A DNA stretch of 34,699 nucleotides from a virus: IMG/VR virus record IMGVR_UViG_3300018036_000002. The stretch is one strand, 5' to 3'. Position 1 is the stretch's first letter, and each line of letters opens with the position of its first letter. The notes beneath the pieces are model-generated. The model was not told the origin of the DNA. It worked only from the letters and a program-made list of their open reading frames with translations, and made no database searches. Shown here piece by piece: positions 21,678 through 31,410 of this stretch. The translations under genes were made by a program, and so were the position numbers.

Positions 21678-23387
21678 ATGAAAGTTCCTTTGTACACGGC
21701 GCAGACGAAAAGAGTTTCTGGTGCAGTCACGCCCCAAGTTAACGTGCAAGTAAGCGGCCAGGTGCTTTCAGCTAACGCTCGCGTCATCTCTCAGGCCGGG
21801 CAACTTTTGTTCCAGGCAGGTGAAGAGAAGCTAAAGATCCACGCTCAAAACCAAGCCATTGCGGCAGAGAAGGCGATGGAGATCGAGCTTCGCACGATTG
21901 AGGATGAGGCACTTAGGCAGGACATTAGCGTTGTCGATCCGTCAGAAGTAGTGTCAAAAATGGACCAAGTTTACAAAGAGTATTCTTCCGGCAAAAGGAT
22001 CAACCCTGCATCAGGGAAACCTTTCCTTACCACTTCGACGGCTAAATCATTTTTTGGCTCTACAGCCAGCGATTTGCATACTCGTTACGTAGGATCTTTC
22101 CGTAAAAACTCAAACAAGATTTTTGTGAAAACCGCAGGGATCAACATAACTAAAAGAGTTCAGAAAGAAGTGATGGTTGCGGCAGATACCCAATTGACAG
22201 AAGAAGAACGCGAGATTGCTTTAGGAAACCTTTTTGATACTAACCCTGTCTATGACCCAACTTTCAATGTTCGTCGTAGTAGAGGGCTTCTAAATTATGC
22301 AATGAAATCGGGGTATATGTCAGCGGAGGCTGTTGCAACTTTAGCGTCTGACACAATTCAAGACATTGCCACTGGGACGGTTGAGTCTTATATGGCAGGC
22401 GGCGACTACGATGGGGTTGCGAATAGGCTTGTCAGTGGAGAACTTGAGAAAACCGATGCAATCTTGTCTGCGGCTTTAGCGCAAATGGAGCCTGACGAAA
22501 GAATTGCGTTTGAAAAAAGCATTATCGATTACGCAAACAAGCAAGAAAAGTTTGCTAGCGATATGAAGAAAAAACAAGATGAAGCGCGATTAGAGCGTCT
22601 AGATGAAATGCATGCAAACATCCTCAACGCAGATGTGCGAGTTCCTTCCGAGTTAGCCAAAGCTTTGACGGCATATGAGCATCTTCGCGGCCAGAACTAT
22701 TACGAAAAGACAACTGAGATCAACTGGATTGAAAAGCGTTTAGGCATTTCTACAACTGAAGCAAAGATGACTGATGATCGCGATGCAAGCAATTATTTGA
22801 ACCGGCTGGATGGCGAGAACCGATTGACGATGGAAGCAGTGATGGCAGTCCAGGACAAGCTCACTGTTAATACTGTAGATAAATTTCTAGGCCGCGTACG
22901 GCAAGAGGCTAACGAGGGGGTTGGCCGGGGCAAGGAAGTAATTGCTGACAAGATTGGATTTAATAAGTACAAAGACAGCCTTAGCCCAGAGCTTAGGTCC
23001 TTTGGAGACACATACTTCAGACAAGCCCGAGATCGATTCAATGAGTGGCTTAGTACAACTCCAGAGCCTGGGCAACCTATGTCGGGCGGGCGTGGAGCAA
23101 GCTATGACACCATTGTGCAAAAAGCCCAGGAGATCGGCACGGCTTTTTCTGCGCCGCTTAAAGCAGAAATTCAAAATGCCTTTGATATGCAGTACACCTT
23201 GATCGTTAACTCAATCAAGCTCAACGATGACATATTGACTGGATGGACTGAGCCGCCAGCGGGGACTAACCGCAAGCAGTATCTACAGCAGTATCTTGCG
23301 GGACTTCCGACGGCAACTAAAAAGCTGGGCCAGGTCATAGGGATTTTGAACCAGCTTAATCCATTCTTAGGGGAGGACGTTCAATGA
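21678..23387 (+). CDS. Internal virion/ejection protein (569 aa).
   Basis: AGGAGAGG SD. The call rests on synteny after the nozzle gene; no enzymatic motif was recognised. Confidence 0.45.
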   Translation: MKVPLYTAQTKRVSGAVTPQVNVQVSGQVLSANARVISQAGQLLFQAGEEKLKIHAQNQAIAAEKAMEIELRTIEDEALRQDISVVDPSEVVSKMDQVYKEYSSGKRINPASGKPFLTTSTAKSFFGSTASDLHTRYVGSFRKNSNKIFVKTAGINITKRVQKEVMVAADTQLTEEEREIALGNLFDTNPVYDPTFNVRRSRGLLNYAMKSGYMSAEAVATLASDTIQDIATGTVESYMAGGDYDGVANRLVSGELEKTDAILSAALAQMEPDERIAFEKSIIDYANKQEKFASDMKKKQDEARLERLDEMHANILNADVRVPSELAKALTAYEHLRGQNYYEKTTEINWIEKRLGISTTEAKMTDDRDASNYLNRLDGENRLTMEAVMAVQDKLTVNTVDKFLGRVRQEANEGVGRGKEVIADKIGFNKYKDSLSPELRSFGDTYFRQARDRFNEWLSTTPEPGQPMSGGRGASYDTIVQKAQEIGTAFSAPLKAEIQNAFDMQYTLIVNSIKLNDDILTGWTEPPAGTNRKQYLQQYLAGLPTATKKLGQVIGILNQLNPFLGEDVQ

Positions 23388-26300
23388 ATGAAGATCGCGA
23401 GCAACTTGCGTACGACGCATATGATCAAGCTGAACTGCTCCAAAATTTTTCTAGCGACGATTATAGGAGCATAGTCCCAGATATTATAATCACCGGGAAA
23501 CTTGCGGAAGACGCAAGCTCTGGCGTTGATCCTGATGTGCCAACAAAAGAAAAACTTGAAGAAGTCGGCGCTGGTCCTCTGGTCGATCAAGACGGGTTCC
23601 CGGTAGATGTAACGCGCCCAATATTGAAAAATGAAGATGGGTCAATCGCTACGGAAGAAACGATTACTGTTCGCGGCGTAGAGATTGGTTTGTCTGATGA
23701 CAGTCGTTTTTACAATATCCCAACAATTGTGGATGGCAAGCGCGTGACAGATCGCGAAGCTCTTTACGACGCGGCAACCCGCATTCGATCTGGGGATAAG
23801 TTGCCAAACTATGAATCAGAAGAGTTAGCCATTCGCGGTGCGAAAGCGCGGTCTGAATTTCTTGGCGCAACGCATAGCAAGCGAATGGAGATGATAGAAG
23901 CAAACGCCCCTGGAGCTTTTGAGCAAGGCGGCGTTGTTGATCGCACCATTATCAATGGTTCGGTGCGGGCGTTAAATCAAGCCAGCCAACTCGTTTACGA
24001 ATTAGCGGAAAGCGAACTTGAGTCCTTTACCGGCTCAGTAGGCATTAGATACATTGACAATGTTACGGGCGAAGAGATACCCATCCCGTACATGGTGCAA
24101 TTACCTGCGGCTCCGCAGTTTGACGACCGCGAAGAAGCCCGTGGATTTGCCGAGGAAATGTTGCGAGACATCTCTCAATTCACAACTGGTTTCTTGTTTA
24201 CGAAAGGTGCAGGTACAGGCCGAGGCGCTTTGTACGGTCGAAGCGCATTCTCCGCAACACTGTTTGACCCCGAGCAAGGAGGAATCGTCAAGGCGATGTC
24301 TTCTGGCTTAGGGCTTCCAATCCTTGAATATCTTAATACTGCCGACGACGCCGACTTGGAGTCAGCCGAAGGGAGGCTCCGTGAACGGTTCCAGTTTGCT
24401 TTGGAAGATCTGGGACTTGCTGGAATGATTGACGGAGCAATTAGTTCGTTGCGCTATATAAGAAAACACCCGGTGCTAATGAAGTCTCTTATTACAACTA
24501 TGGGGCTTTCCGGGTTGGTTTATGCAGATGAAGCCGAGGCGGGACCAGGCGGAAGGATTATTAAGAGGCTTGCCGCTAAAGACAAAGCAAATATTGCGAA
24601 ATCTTTAGAGGGCTTGAATCTACCGGCAAGCGAAGTCAAGCGCGTTGAAGACGAAGTCAGACGGATTAAGTCCAACTACCCGACTGAAGATGGATGGGCA
24701 GAAATTACCGTCAAGGACGTTAAAAGTAAGCCGACTGTCGCTATTAAAGAGGGAACTAAAAAAGTTGATGTCGAGTGGCAACCGATTGTCTACGGGTATG
24801 AAAAGCCTCGCCGCAACAAAAGCTATGCGCGTCACCAGCAGGACATGACGACTCGTACAGTCGATGATGTCCGTGATGTCGTTAACAGGGCCAATAATGG
24901 TGACCAAGCGGCGAAAGACATTCTTGCGCAAGCAGACTGGTATCGGTCGATGCGGAGTCGTTTGCGCTCAGAGTTTGGCGGCCTGGGCGATGTATTCGCT
25001 GACCTGCTTGGCGCAACATCGGCAAACACGGATGTCCGTACAAATTGGAATAATGGAATCGATGTATTGCGTCGGTACACCAATGGCGATTTCGATAAAG
25101 AGATCCAGGCGTACCTTGCTCGCGTCGAAGCTGGAGAAAAGGTTGACCCAGCAACATTGACAAAATTGTTTAAGGCTGGCGAGTTCCCGCTGATGACTAA
25201 GGCGACTGGTCAGTTATATGGCATCAACAGTCCAGCCGCAACGAAAGCTTTGCTGGATATGTTCAGGCAGATCAAGGTAGGGCAGGCGCCGAAGACCATT
25301 AACTTTACAGGTAACCTCATTGGCTATGGGTCGCAACCAACAATTGATGTGTGGGCGGCTCGATACCTGCGCGACGCGGCAGGACTCAAGCGGATTCCTC
25401 CCCCTGCAGAGCAGGCTGTCGCAGGGAACCACTTAACTGGCAGTACAATTGATAAGCCAATCATTGGTTCTGAATTTGGTTTTGGTCAGCGCATATTCAC
25501 TGATGCGGCTAACGCTATCAACGCCGAAGGCTTCGTTAAGAACTATGACTCGTCGATTGGCGACTTAGGCCCAGATGATCTCCAGGCTGTTGTATGGTTT
25601 ATGGAGAAAGAGAAGTGGACCATCAACGGATGGACAAACAAAGCTGGTGAAGGCGGCTCACTTGATTACGAGGCGGCCCTTGCCGGTTCTCCTGAACGAG
25701 TCGAGATTGATGAGTTGCGCAAGACCATCAATTCGTCTGGGTCAACACCAGAGCAGAAAGCGATAGCGGAAGCGCGTCTGGAGGAATTGAAAGCTCCAGT
25801 AGAGCGCCGAATTGTTGGCGTGTCTCGCGAGCGGCCAGAACAGCGTCCGACTAATGTCGAACAAGCGGAGCTATCTAGCGAGGTTCTTAACCCTCTCAAA
25901 GACGATCCAGCCGTCGTTGCACAACAGGCAAACAATAGTTACGGCTTATTCGGTAACACTCCAGAGCGTTCTCTGAATACCGAAGTCGTTACCCGGTCAG
26001 ATTTTGATGAGACTAATTTTATCAATAACCTGGTCGATCTTGGACGTAAGTATGACCAAGACGCTGTATATGTGTCCAAAGTTGTACCAACCGGAACGCA
26101 GGGTGCGATGCCTGGCCTAGAAGTATTTTTCAAATCTAGACAGGAAGCAGATAAAGCAATCGCTATGATTGACTCTTTGCGTCAAAAGTATGATATTAGT
26201 GGTGGCACAATCATAACGGACGCTAGGTATAAGGATCGTCCAGATGTGCAGGTTGATACAGGCGAAGAGATTGCTGGCGCTGTAGGTTTGCGGATTCAAT

Positions 26301-26605
26301 ACATCCCAGAGTTTGAAGGTGGGGTTCCAGACCCAGACAAAGCAATGGATACGTTTATGGACATTGCTCAAGACTTAATGGAAGAGGCAGACGTATCCTC
26401 TACAAATGTATTATTCTTTGAAAACAAAGTGTTCAAGAACACGGACCGTCCAGGGGCGGAGTGGATTGAAGGTGGAGTAAGTTATGAAGACAGCATTGCA
26501 GGCCGCAATGGAATCAGTGAAGAAACGGGGCGGAGACGAGAATCACCCGCTGATCAAAATGTTGAAAGCGCAGGAGACAGCGGACAAGAACCGCAAGTCG
26601 AGTGA
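23384..26605 (+). CDS. Large internal virion/ejection protein (1073 aa).
   Basis: ATGA coupling. Size and position match podovirus core proteins; no catalytic motif was recognised by eye. Confidence 0.45.
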   Translation: MNEDREQLAYDAYDQAELLQNFSSDDYRSIVPDIIITGKLAEDASSGVDPDVPTKEKLEEVGAGPLVDQDGFPVDVTRPILKNEDGSIATEETITVRGVEIGLSDDSRFYNIPTIVDGKRVTDREALYDAATRIRSGDKLPNYESEELAIRGAKARSEFLGATHSKRMEMIEANAPGAFEQGGVVDRTIINGSVRALNQASQLVYELAESELESFTGSVGIRYIDNVTGEEIPIPYMVQLPAAPQFDDREEARGFAEEMLRDISQFTTGFLFTKGAGTGRGALYGRSAFSATLFDPEQGGIVKAMSSGLGLPILEYLNTADDADLESAEGRLRERFQFALEDLGLAGMIDGAISSLRYIRKHPVLMKSLITTMGLSGLVYADEAEAGPGGRIIKRLAAKDKANIAKSLEGLNLPASEVKRVEDEVRRIKSNYPTEDGWAEITVKDVKSKPTVAIKEGTKKVDVEWQPIVYGYEKPRRNKSYARHQQDMTTRTVDDVRDVVNRANNGDQAAKDILAQADWYRSMRSRLRSEFGGLGDVFADLLGATSANTDVRTNWNNGIDVLRRYTNGDFDKEIQAYLARVEAGEKVDPATLTKLFKAGEFPLMTKATGQLYGINSPAATKALLDMFRQIKVGQAPKTINFTGNLIGYGSQPTIDVWAARYLRDAAGLKRIPPPAEQAVAGNHLTGSTIDKPIIGSEFGFGQRIFTDAANAINAEGFVKNYDSSIGDLGPDDLQAVVWFMEKEKWTINGWTNKAGEGGSLDYEAALAGSPERVEIDELRKTINSSGSTPEQKAIAEARLEELKAPVERRIVGVSRERPEQRPTNVEQAELSSEVLNPLKDDPAVVAQQANNSYGLFGNTPERSLNTEVVTRSDFDETNFINNLVDLGRKYDQDAVYVSKVVPTGTQGAMPGLEVFFKSRQEADKAIAMIDSLRQKYDISGGTIITDARYKDRPDVQVDTGEEIAGAVGLRIQYIPEFEGGVPDPDKAMDTFMDIAQDLMEEADVSSTNVLFFENKVFKNTDRPGAEWIEGGVSYEDSIAGRNGISEETGRRRESPADQNVESAGDSGQEPQVE

Positions 26606-26645
26606 GCAATTGTACGTGACAGGTTCAGTTAAGAAGGGATAGCAA

Positions 26646-29600
26646 GTGGCAATACTTGATGAACAGGCAGGACAAGCCGCTTTAGAAGGTGGCGTTACAG
26701 AGCAGGCGAGCACAATACCGCGCAAGCCTGAGCGCGTATTTGTTGCTGGCGGACCGTTAAGCACGTTCATTAAGCAAGCTTCTAAGGTCTCACCTAGGGC
26801 TGTAACACGCGGAACAGACGCGGAAGACATGGCTGTACCTACTGCAATTGAAGAGCGCCAGGTGCCAGCCGGGGAATACTCTAAGAGACAAGAGGCTCTT
26901 GCTGAAAAAGTATTATCCGAAGAAGGCAGGGAAAGGTTTGAGACTGCTGGCGGATCAGCTAAAACTGCAACGGAATTGCCTCCTGAAGGGTTGACTCCTG
27001 AAGATATTGGTATGCCCCCAGAATCTCAAATGCCGACTCGCGGTGAAGTCAAAGCAGAACAAGTTCGCGAGCTTGGGCAGAAAGGATTAAGTGAGTATTC
27101 CACGGGGGTTGCCCCGGAGGGAGAAGCTATTGATTTACTTGAGATGTACAAGAATCGCGGGGTAATCATTGAGACAGACACCGGGATTGATTTCAATTTC
27201 GATTACATGGACGACAACGAAGATATCCAGTCTGTTTTGAATGCAGTCAGCGAAATACTTGCAGACCCGACAGAAGCTGTGAAGCGCGGCATTATTAAGA
27301 ATGAGCAAACTTTGCAGAATGCGTCAGAAAAACTTGCTGATGACCTTGGCTTCAGCCGATCTGTGCTAAAGAAAAAAGTTGGCGAAACATTAAATGCAGA
27401 AGAAATGACAGCTTTGCGCATTCTTTTGCAACGATCTGCCAAGCAATTAGCAGAAATGGCAGAAAAGATTACTGCTGGCGGGGCTGATGACGCCGCGACT
27501 CTAGTCGCCTTTCGCAGAAAAATGGCAGTGCATTCAGCGTTGCAGATGAAAGCAAAGGGATTTCAGACAGAAATAGCTCGGGCGTTACAAGCATTTAAGA
27601 TCCCTGTCGGGCCAAATGTTGATGTCGGTTACGCAACTTCAGAAATACTTGAAGGCGCGGGCGGACAAAAATTAAACAGAGATATGGCTAAAGCATATCT
27701 TAGAGAGTTGCGCCGAAACGGGCAAAAAGGGGCAAATAAGTTTGTTTCCAAAGGATGGACCGCAAAAACCAAAAGGGTGCTTCACGAGATTTACGTTAAT
27801 GGGTTGCTCTCTTGGCCCACGACTTCTTTAAAGAATTTCCTCGGGACCCCGTTATTTGCTGTTTACAACGAAATTGCAGATATCACTGGCGCAGGGATTG
27901 GCGCTGGAGTACGGGCCGGACAGCGAGCTATGGGAAAGGCGACAGACCCAGAGGGCATTTATTTAGAAGACATCATGGCGCGGTGGTATGGGTACGGAAG
28001 ATCATTCAAAGATGCATACCTTGTCGGCCTGGAAACATTTAAAACCGGCCAGCAGGCATCGGTTTCTGGAGGCAAGCTTGATCTGGACCCAACTGAGTTA
28101 AGGGCTATAGACTCTCAAACGCTTGGGGCTTCTGGCTGGATGGGCCAATCTATTGATTTCATTGGGAAAGTGATCCGCTTGCCCGGAGATATTCTTGGCG
28201 CAACAGATGATTTTTGGAAGTCTATATTGTCGCGCGGAGCATTGTATGAAGAAAGCATGCGCCAAGTGCGCATAAGTAAGGCCGCAGGCAAGTCTGATCA
28301 GGAAGCTCTTGATGACGGAATGATGGTCTTAATTGACCCCAGGTCTCGTACGGAAGAAATTTCTGATTTTGCAAAATACAATACGCTTACTGCGGATATC
28401 AATAACGGTGTCGGCTCCATTACAAGGGCCATTCAAAAAACTTTCCTTGGACGGTTCCTTCTTCCTTTCGGGAAGGTTCCTACGAACTCAATACGAATAT
28501 TGACTGAGAACCATCCTGTTGCTGTGTTCTTTTCTCCTTCGACGCAAAAAAGGTTGCTCGGGAAAGAAGGCCCGAAGATGCAACAACGTGCAATGGGGCG
28601 GCTGGCTATGGGTACGGGCACCATGATGACATTTATGGAGTACGCCCAGAACGGACAGATGACCGGAGCCATGCCAACAGATAAAGAGCTTAAAGCTAGA
28701 TTGCCTAATGGGTGGCAACCATTTAGCTTTGTTTTCCGTGGAGACGGATGGCCGAAGGATGACGACGGTAACGAGCTACCAATGTATGACCAAAATGGAA
28801 TCCCGAATGGTCCTCTCGTTTATATCAGCTATCAAGGGCTTGAGCCGGTATCCGCCTTCCTTGGGATTGCGGCAGATACTGTCCAGAAGATGAATATGTA
28901 TACTGACCCACAGGACCGTGAGAATCTTTTGACAGCATCCCTAGGTGCAACCTTGGATTACTTCAAAGAGACTCCGTTCCTGACCAGCGTCGGGGACATT
29001 ATTAAGTCTATGGAGTATGGCGACATCAGCTTAGTGATCAAGTCTCCCCTGTCTAATTTCACTGGTCCAATTCCCACGCCGTACTCTTCAGTATTGAGAA
29101 ATGTGTCTAAGCTACAAGATCCAACGATCACGAAGGTTAGCCCTGAAGTTAACTACTGGACGGAAAGCGATCTCAAAGATTGGCACCAGCAACAAAAAGA
29201 CGAAGGGTTTATTCCGAAGGACTCTCCTTTTCCTTACAACATGGTTGGGTCCATCAAGGGTGGTGGCGAGTCTGCAGGAGAGTTTTGGCAACGTCAGTAC
29301 AATGATGCCTGGGCGCTACAGACATTAAACAATCCGTTTTTCCAAGAAGCCGAAAAGCGTTATCAGAAAGTTCTCGATCCGTTTGGGAAACCGTTCATGC
29401 GCAACGTGCCATTCTCTTTGAACCCAGTCGAGGCGACTTACAATGCGATCGTTCCATTCAAGATTAAGCGAGGGGAAGCGCCAACTAATGTCCAGCGGGA
29501 AATGCTGAGGCTCAACATGCCGCTAACCAATCAGCCTGCAACGATTGACGGATTTAAGATCCCGGCGTACATGGGGACCGATGTTGCTCTGCTCGCTAAG

Positions 29601-29855
29601 AACGGTGAGATCCTGGTAAAGGGTCAGTCATTTGAGGATGCTTTAAAAAGTTTGGTAGAGGTAAGTGTTGGATACTCTAGAAGTCGCGATGACGAGAAAG
29701 CGGCGAAAGTGCAAAAGCTTGAGCGGGAATTTTATGAGCAGGCGTTCAAGGAAATTATTGCGCGACCTGAAAACAGGGATGTCCTGAAGGCTTATATGCA
29801 AAGAGATACTGCGCAGGAAATTCTTAAATCGCAGAAATACACTGGGCGGCAGTGA
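26646..29855 (+). CDS. Large internal virion/ejection protein (1069 aa).
   Basis: GTG start with an AAGGGA SD. The call rests on synteny. Confidence 0.45.
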   Translation: MAILDEQAGQAALEGGVTEQASTIPRKPERVFVAGGPLSTFIKQASKVSPRAVTRGTDAEDMAVPTAIEERQVPAGEYSKRQEALAEKVLSEEGRERFETAGGSAKTATELPPEGLTPEDIGMPPESQMPTRGEVKAEQVRELGQKGLSEYSTGVAPEGEAIDLLEMYKNRGVIIETDTGIDFNFDYMDDNEDIQSVLNAVSEILADPTEAVKRGIIKNEQTLQNASEKLADDLGFSRSVLKKKVGETLNAEEMTALRILLQRSAKQLAEMAEKITAGGADDAATLVAFRRKMAVHSALQMKAKGFQTEIARALQAFKIPVGPNVDVGYATSEILEGAGGQKLNRDMAKAYLRELRRNGQKGANKFVSKGWTAKTKRVLHEIYVNGLLSWPTTSLKNFLGTPLFAVYNEIADITGAGIGAGVRAGQRAMGKATDPEGIYLEDIMARWYGYGRSFKDAYLVGLETFKTGQQASVSGGKLDLDPTELRAIDSQTLGASGWMGQSIDFIGKVIRLPGDILGATDDFWKSILSRGALYEESMRQVRISKAAGKSDQEALDDGMMVLIDPRSRTEEISDFAKYNTLTADINNGVGSITRAIQKTFLGRFLLPFGKVPTNSIRILTENHPVAVFFSPSTQKRLLGKEGPKMQQRAMGRLAMGTGTMMTFMEYAQNGQMTGAMPTDKELKARLPNGWQPFSFVFRGDGWPKDDDGNELPMYDQNGIPNGPLVYISYQGLEPVSAFLGIAADTVQKMNMYTDPQDRENLLTASLGATLDYFKETPFLTSVGDIIKSMEYGDISLVIKSPLSNFTGPIPTPYSSVLRNVSKLQDPTITKVSPEVNYWTESDLKDWHQQQKDEGFIPKDSPFPYNMVGSIKGGGESAGEFWQRQYNDAWALQTLNNPFFQEAEKRYQKVLDPFGKPFMRNVPFSLNPVEATYNAIVPFKIKRGEAPTNVQREMLRLNMPLTNQPATIDGFKIPAYMGTDVALLAKNGEILVKGQSFEDALKSLVEVSVGYSRSRDDEKAAKVQKLEREFYEQAFKEIIARPENRDVLKAYMQRDTAQEILKSQKYTGRQ

Positions 29856-29868
29856 TGGAGAGTGACAA

Positions 29869-30210
29869 ATGACAAGCACATCTGATGTTATCTACTTGGT
29901 GCAAGGTGACACCAAGCCTCAGATAAAAGTGACTTTGAAGCGCGATGATGATACAGCCCAGGATGTAACTGGAGCAACGATATCGCTTCACTTCCGGCCA
30001 GCTAACTCGACCACGGTGACGTTCTCCTTGTCCGGGTCTTTTGTCGGCGTTGACCCAGCCCAGGGAGAAGTGGTCTTCAACTTTACCTCGGGCCAGCTTG
30101 ATATAGACGCCGGAGATTACGAAGGCGAAGTCGAGGTGGTCTATACAGACAGCACTAGAGAAACTGTTTTTGAAGTGATTCAGTTTGTTTTGAGAGAAGA
30201 CTTCGCATGA
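29869..30210 (+). CDS. Small beta-sandwich structural protein (BppU N-terminal-domain-like).
   Basis: VIYLVQGDTKPQIKVTLKRDDDTAQDVTGATISLHFRPANS...GDYEGEVEVVY shows the pattern of Ig-like tail accessory domains. Confidence 0.4.
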   Translation: MTSTSDVIYLVQGDTKPQIKVTLKRDDDTAQDVTGATISLHFRPANSTTVTFSLSGSFVGVDPAQGEVVFNFTSGQLDIDAGDYEGEVEVVYTDSTRETVFEVIQFVLREDFA

Positions 30211-30941
30211 ACTTAAAGAGTGTCATCAAGACAACCAACCTTGTTCTAGAGACAGCGAAGAACCGGCTGGTCTTTGCTGTGTCAGCGAGTAATCTAGTTG
30301 CTTCTGTTGCGAAACAACGGCTGGTCCTAGTCAATGGCACGAAGAGATTAACTGCGACACTGTTGGCTAACGCGCTGAACGCGACCGCAGTACTAGGAAA
30401 GTTTTTTGAGTTTAAGGAACTCAATGACTCGATCGATCTTACTGAGACGACAGCGTTTGATATAGACAAACCTTTATCAGATGACTCTACTGCGCTTGAG
30501 CAAATCTCTCTGGGCATAGACAAACCTCTGACAGACTCTTATGCGGTGACTGATTTTACTTCATTAACCCCAGTTAAGGGGCCGCAGGACACAGTCAGCG
30601 GCGTTACAGACTCAGACCCGATCTTTGATATTACAAAGGGAATCATTGAGCTACCCATGCTGACGGAAGTGGTGTCATTCGATATCGACTACACCATTAC
30701 AGATGCGTTTGCCGTTACTGACGATGTAAACGGCGCGGCACTTGGTGACGAGTCAAACCTAAGAGTGTTCAAAATTTTAAGCGATAATAGCCTGGCGTCA
30801 GAAGCAATAGAGATAACGCCAGGAAAAGGTCTATCAGATTCTGCAAATACTACTGACGCAGGATCGATTAGGGTGCAAAATTACACAGTCGATATGACTT
30901 ATTTTGCGGAAGACTATGTTGGGCAATCCCAATCATTCTAG
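30207..30941 (+). CDS. Tail-fibre-module structural protein with short internal repeats.
   Basis: ATGA coupling. Repeated IDKPL(S/T)D.. and (A)VTD motifs are present. Confidence 0.45.
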   Translation: MNLKSVIKTTNLVLETAKNRLVFAVSASNLVASVAKQRLVLVNGTKRLTATLLANALNATAVLGKFFEFKELNDSIDLTETTAFDIDKPLSDDSTALEQISLGIDKPLTDSYAVTDFTSLTPVKGPQDTVSGVTDSDPIFDITKGIIELPMLTEVVSFDIDYTITDAFAVTDDVNGAALGDESNLRVFKILSDNSLASEAIEITPGKGLSDSANTTDAGSIRVQNYTVDMTYFAEDYVGQSQSF

Positions 30942-30950
30942 GAGAACACC

Positions 30951-31400
30951 ATGTTTAATGATGGTTTGAAACTAAAAGGGCGTGTCGGGATTGTCGTCAA
31001 AGACAAAGACGGCAACGTCAAAGAAAAGCGGCAAGAGACTAACCTGGTTGTAAGCGCCGGGCTGGATTACATTGCATCCCGCATGAAAGACGCTACGGCA
31101 ACAGCCATGACGCATATGGCACTAGGTACTGGTACATCTGCGGCGGCGGCTGGTGACACGGCTCTCGGTACGCAAGCAGGCTCTCGTGAGATCCTCGATG
31201 CGACGACTGTTACCAATAACACTATTAAGTATGAAGCGGCTTTTGAAGCTGGCGATGTTACTGGTGCTATTACTGAAGCTGGGGTTTTCAACGCGGCTAG
31301 TGCCGGGACTATGTTGTGCAGGGTCGTATTCAGCCCAGTCAACCTATCAGCAACCGATAGCATCTCGGTCGATTGGACGATTACGATCTCAGCGTCATAA
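30951..31400 (+). CDS. Tail fibre/receptor-binding accessory protein (149 aa).
   Basis: AGGAG SD. It is Gly/Ala/Thr-rich and beta-type, and sits within the fibre module. Confidence 0.4.
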   Translation: MFNDGLKLKGRVGIVVKDKDGNVKEKRQETNLVVSAGLDYIASRMKDATATAMTHMALGTGTSAAAAGDTALGTQAGSREILDATTVTNNTIKYEAAFEAGDVTGAITEAGVFNAASAGTMLCRVVFSPVNLSATDSISVDWTITISAS

Positions 31401-31410
31401 GGATTGAGCG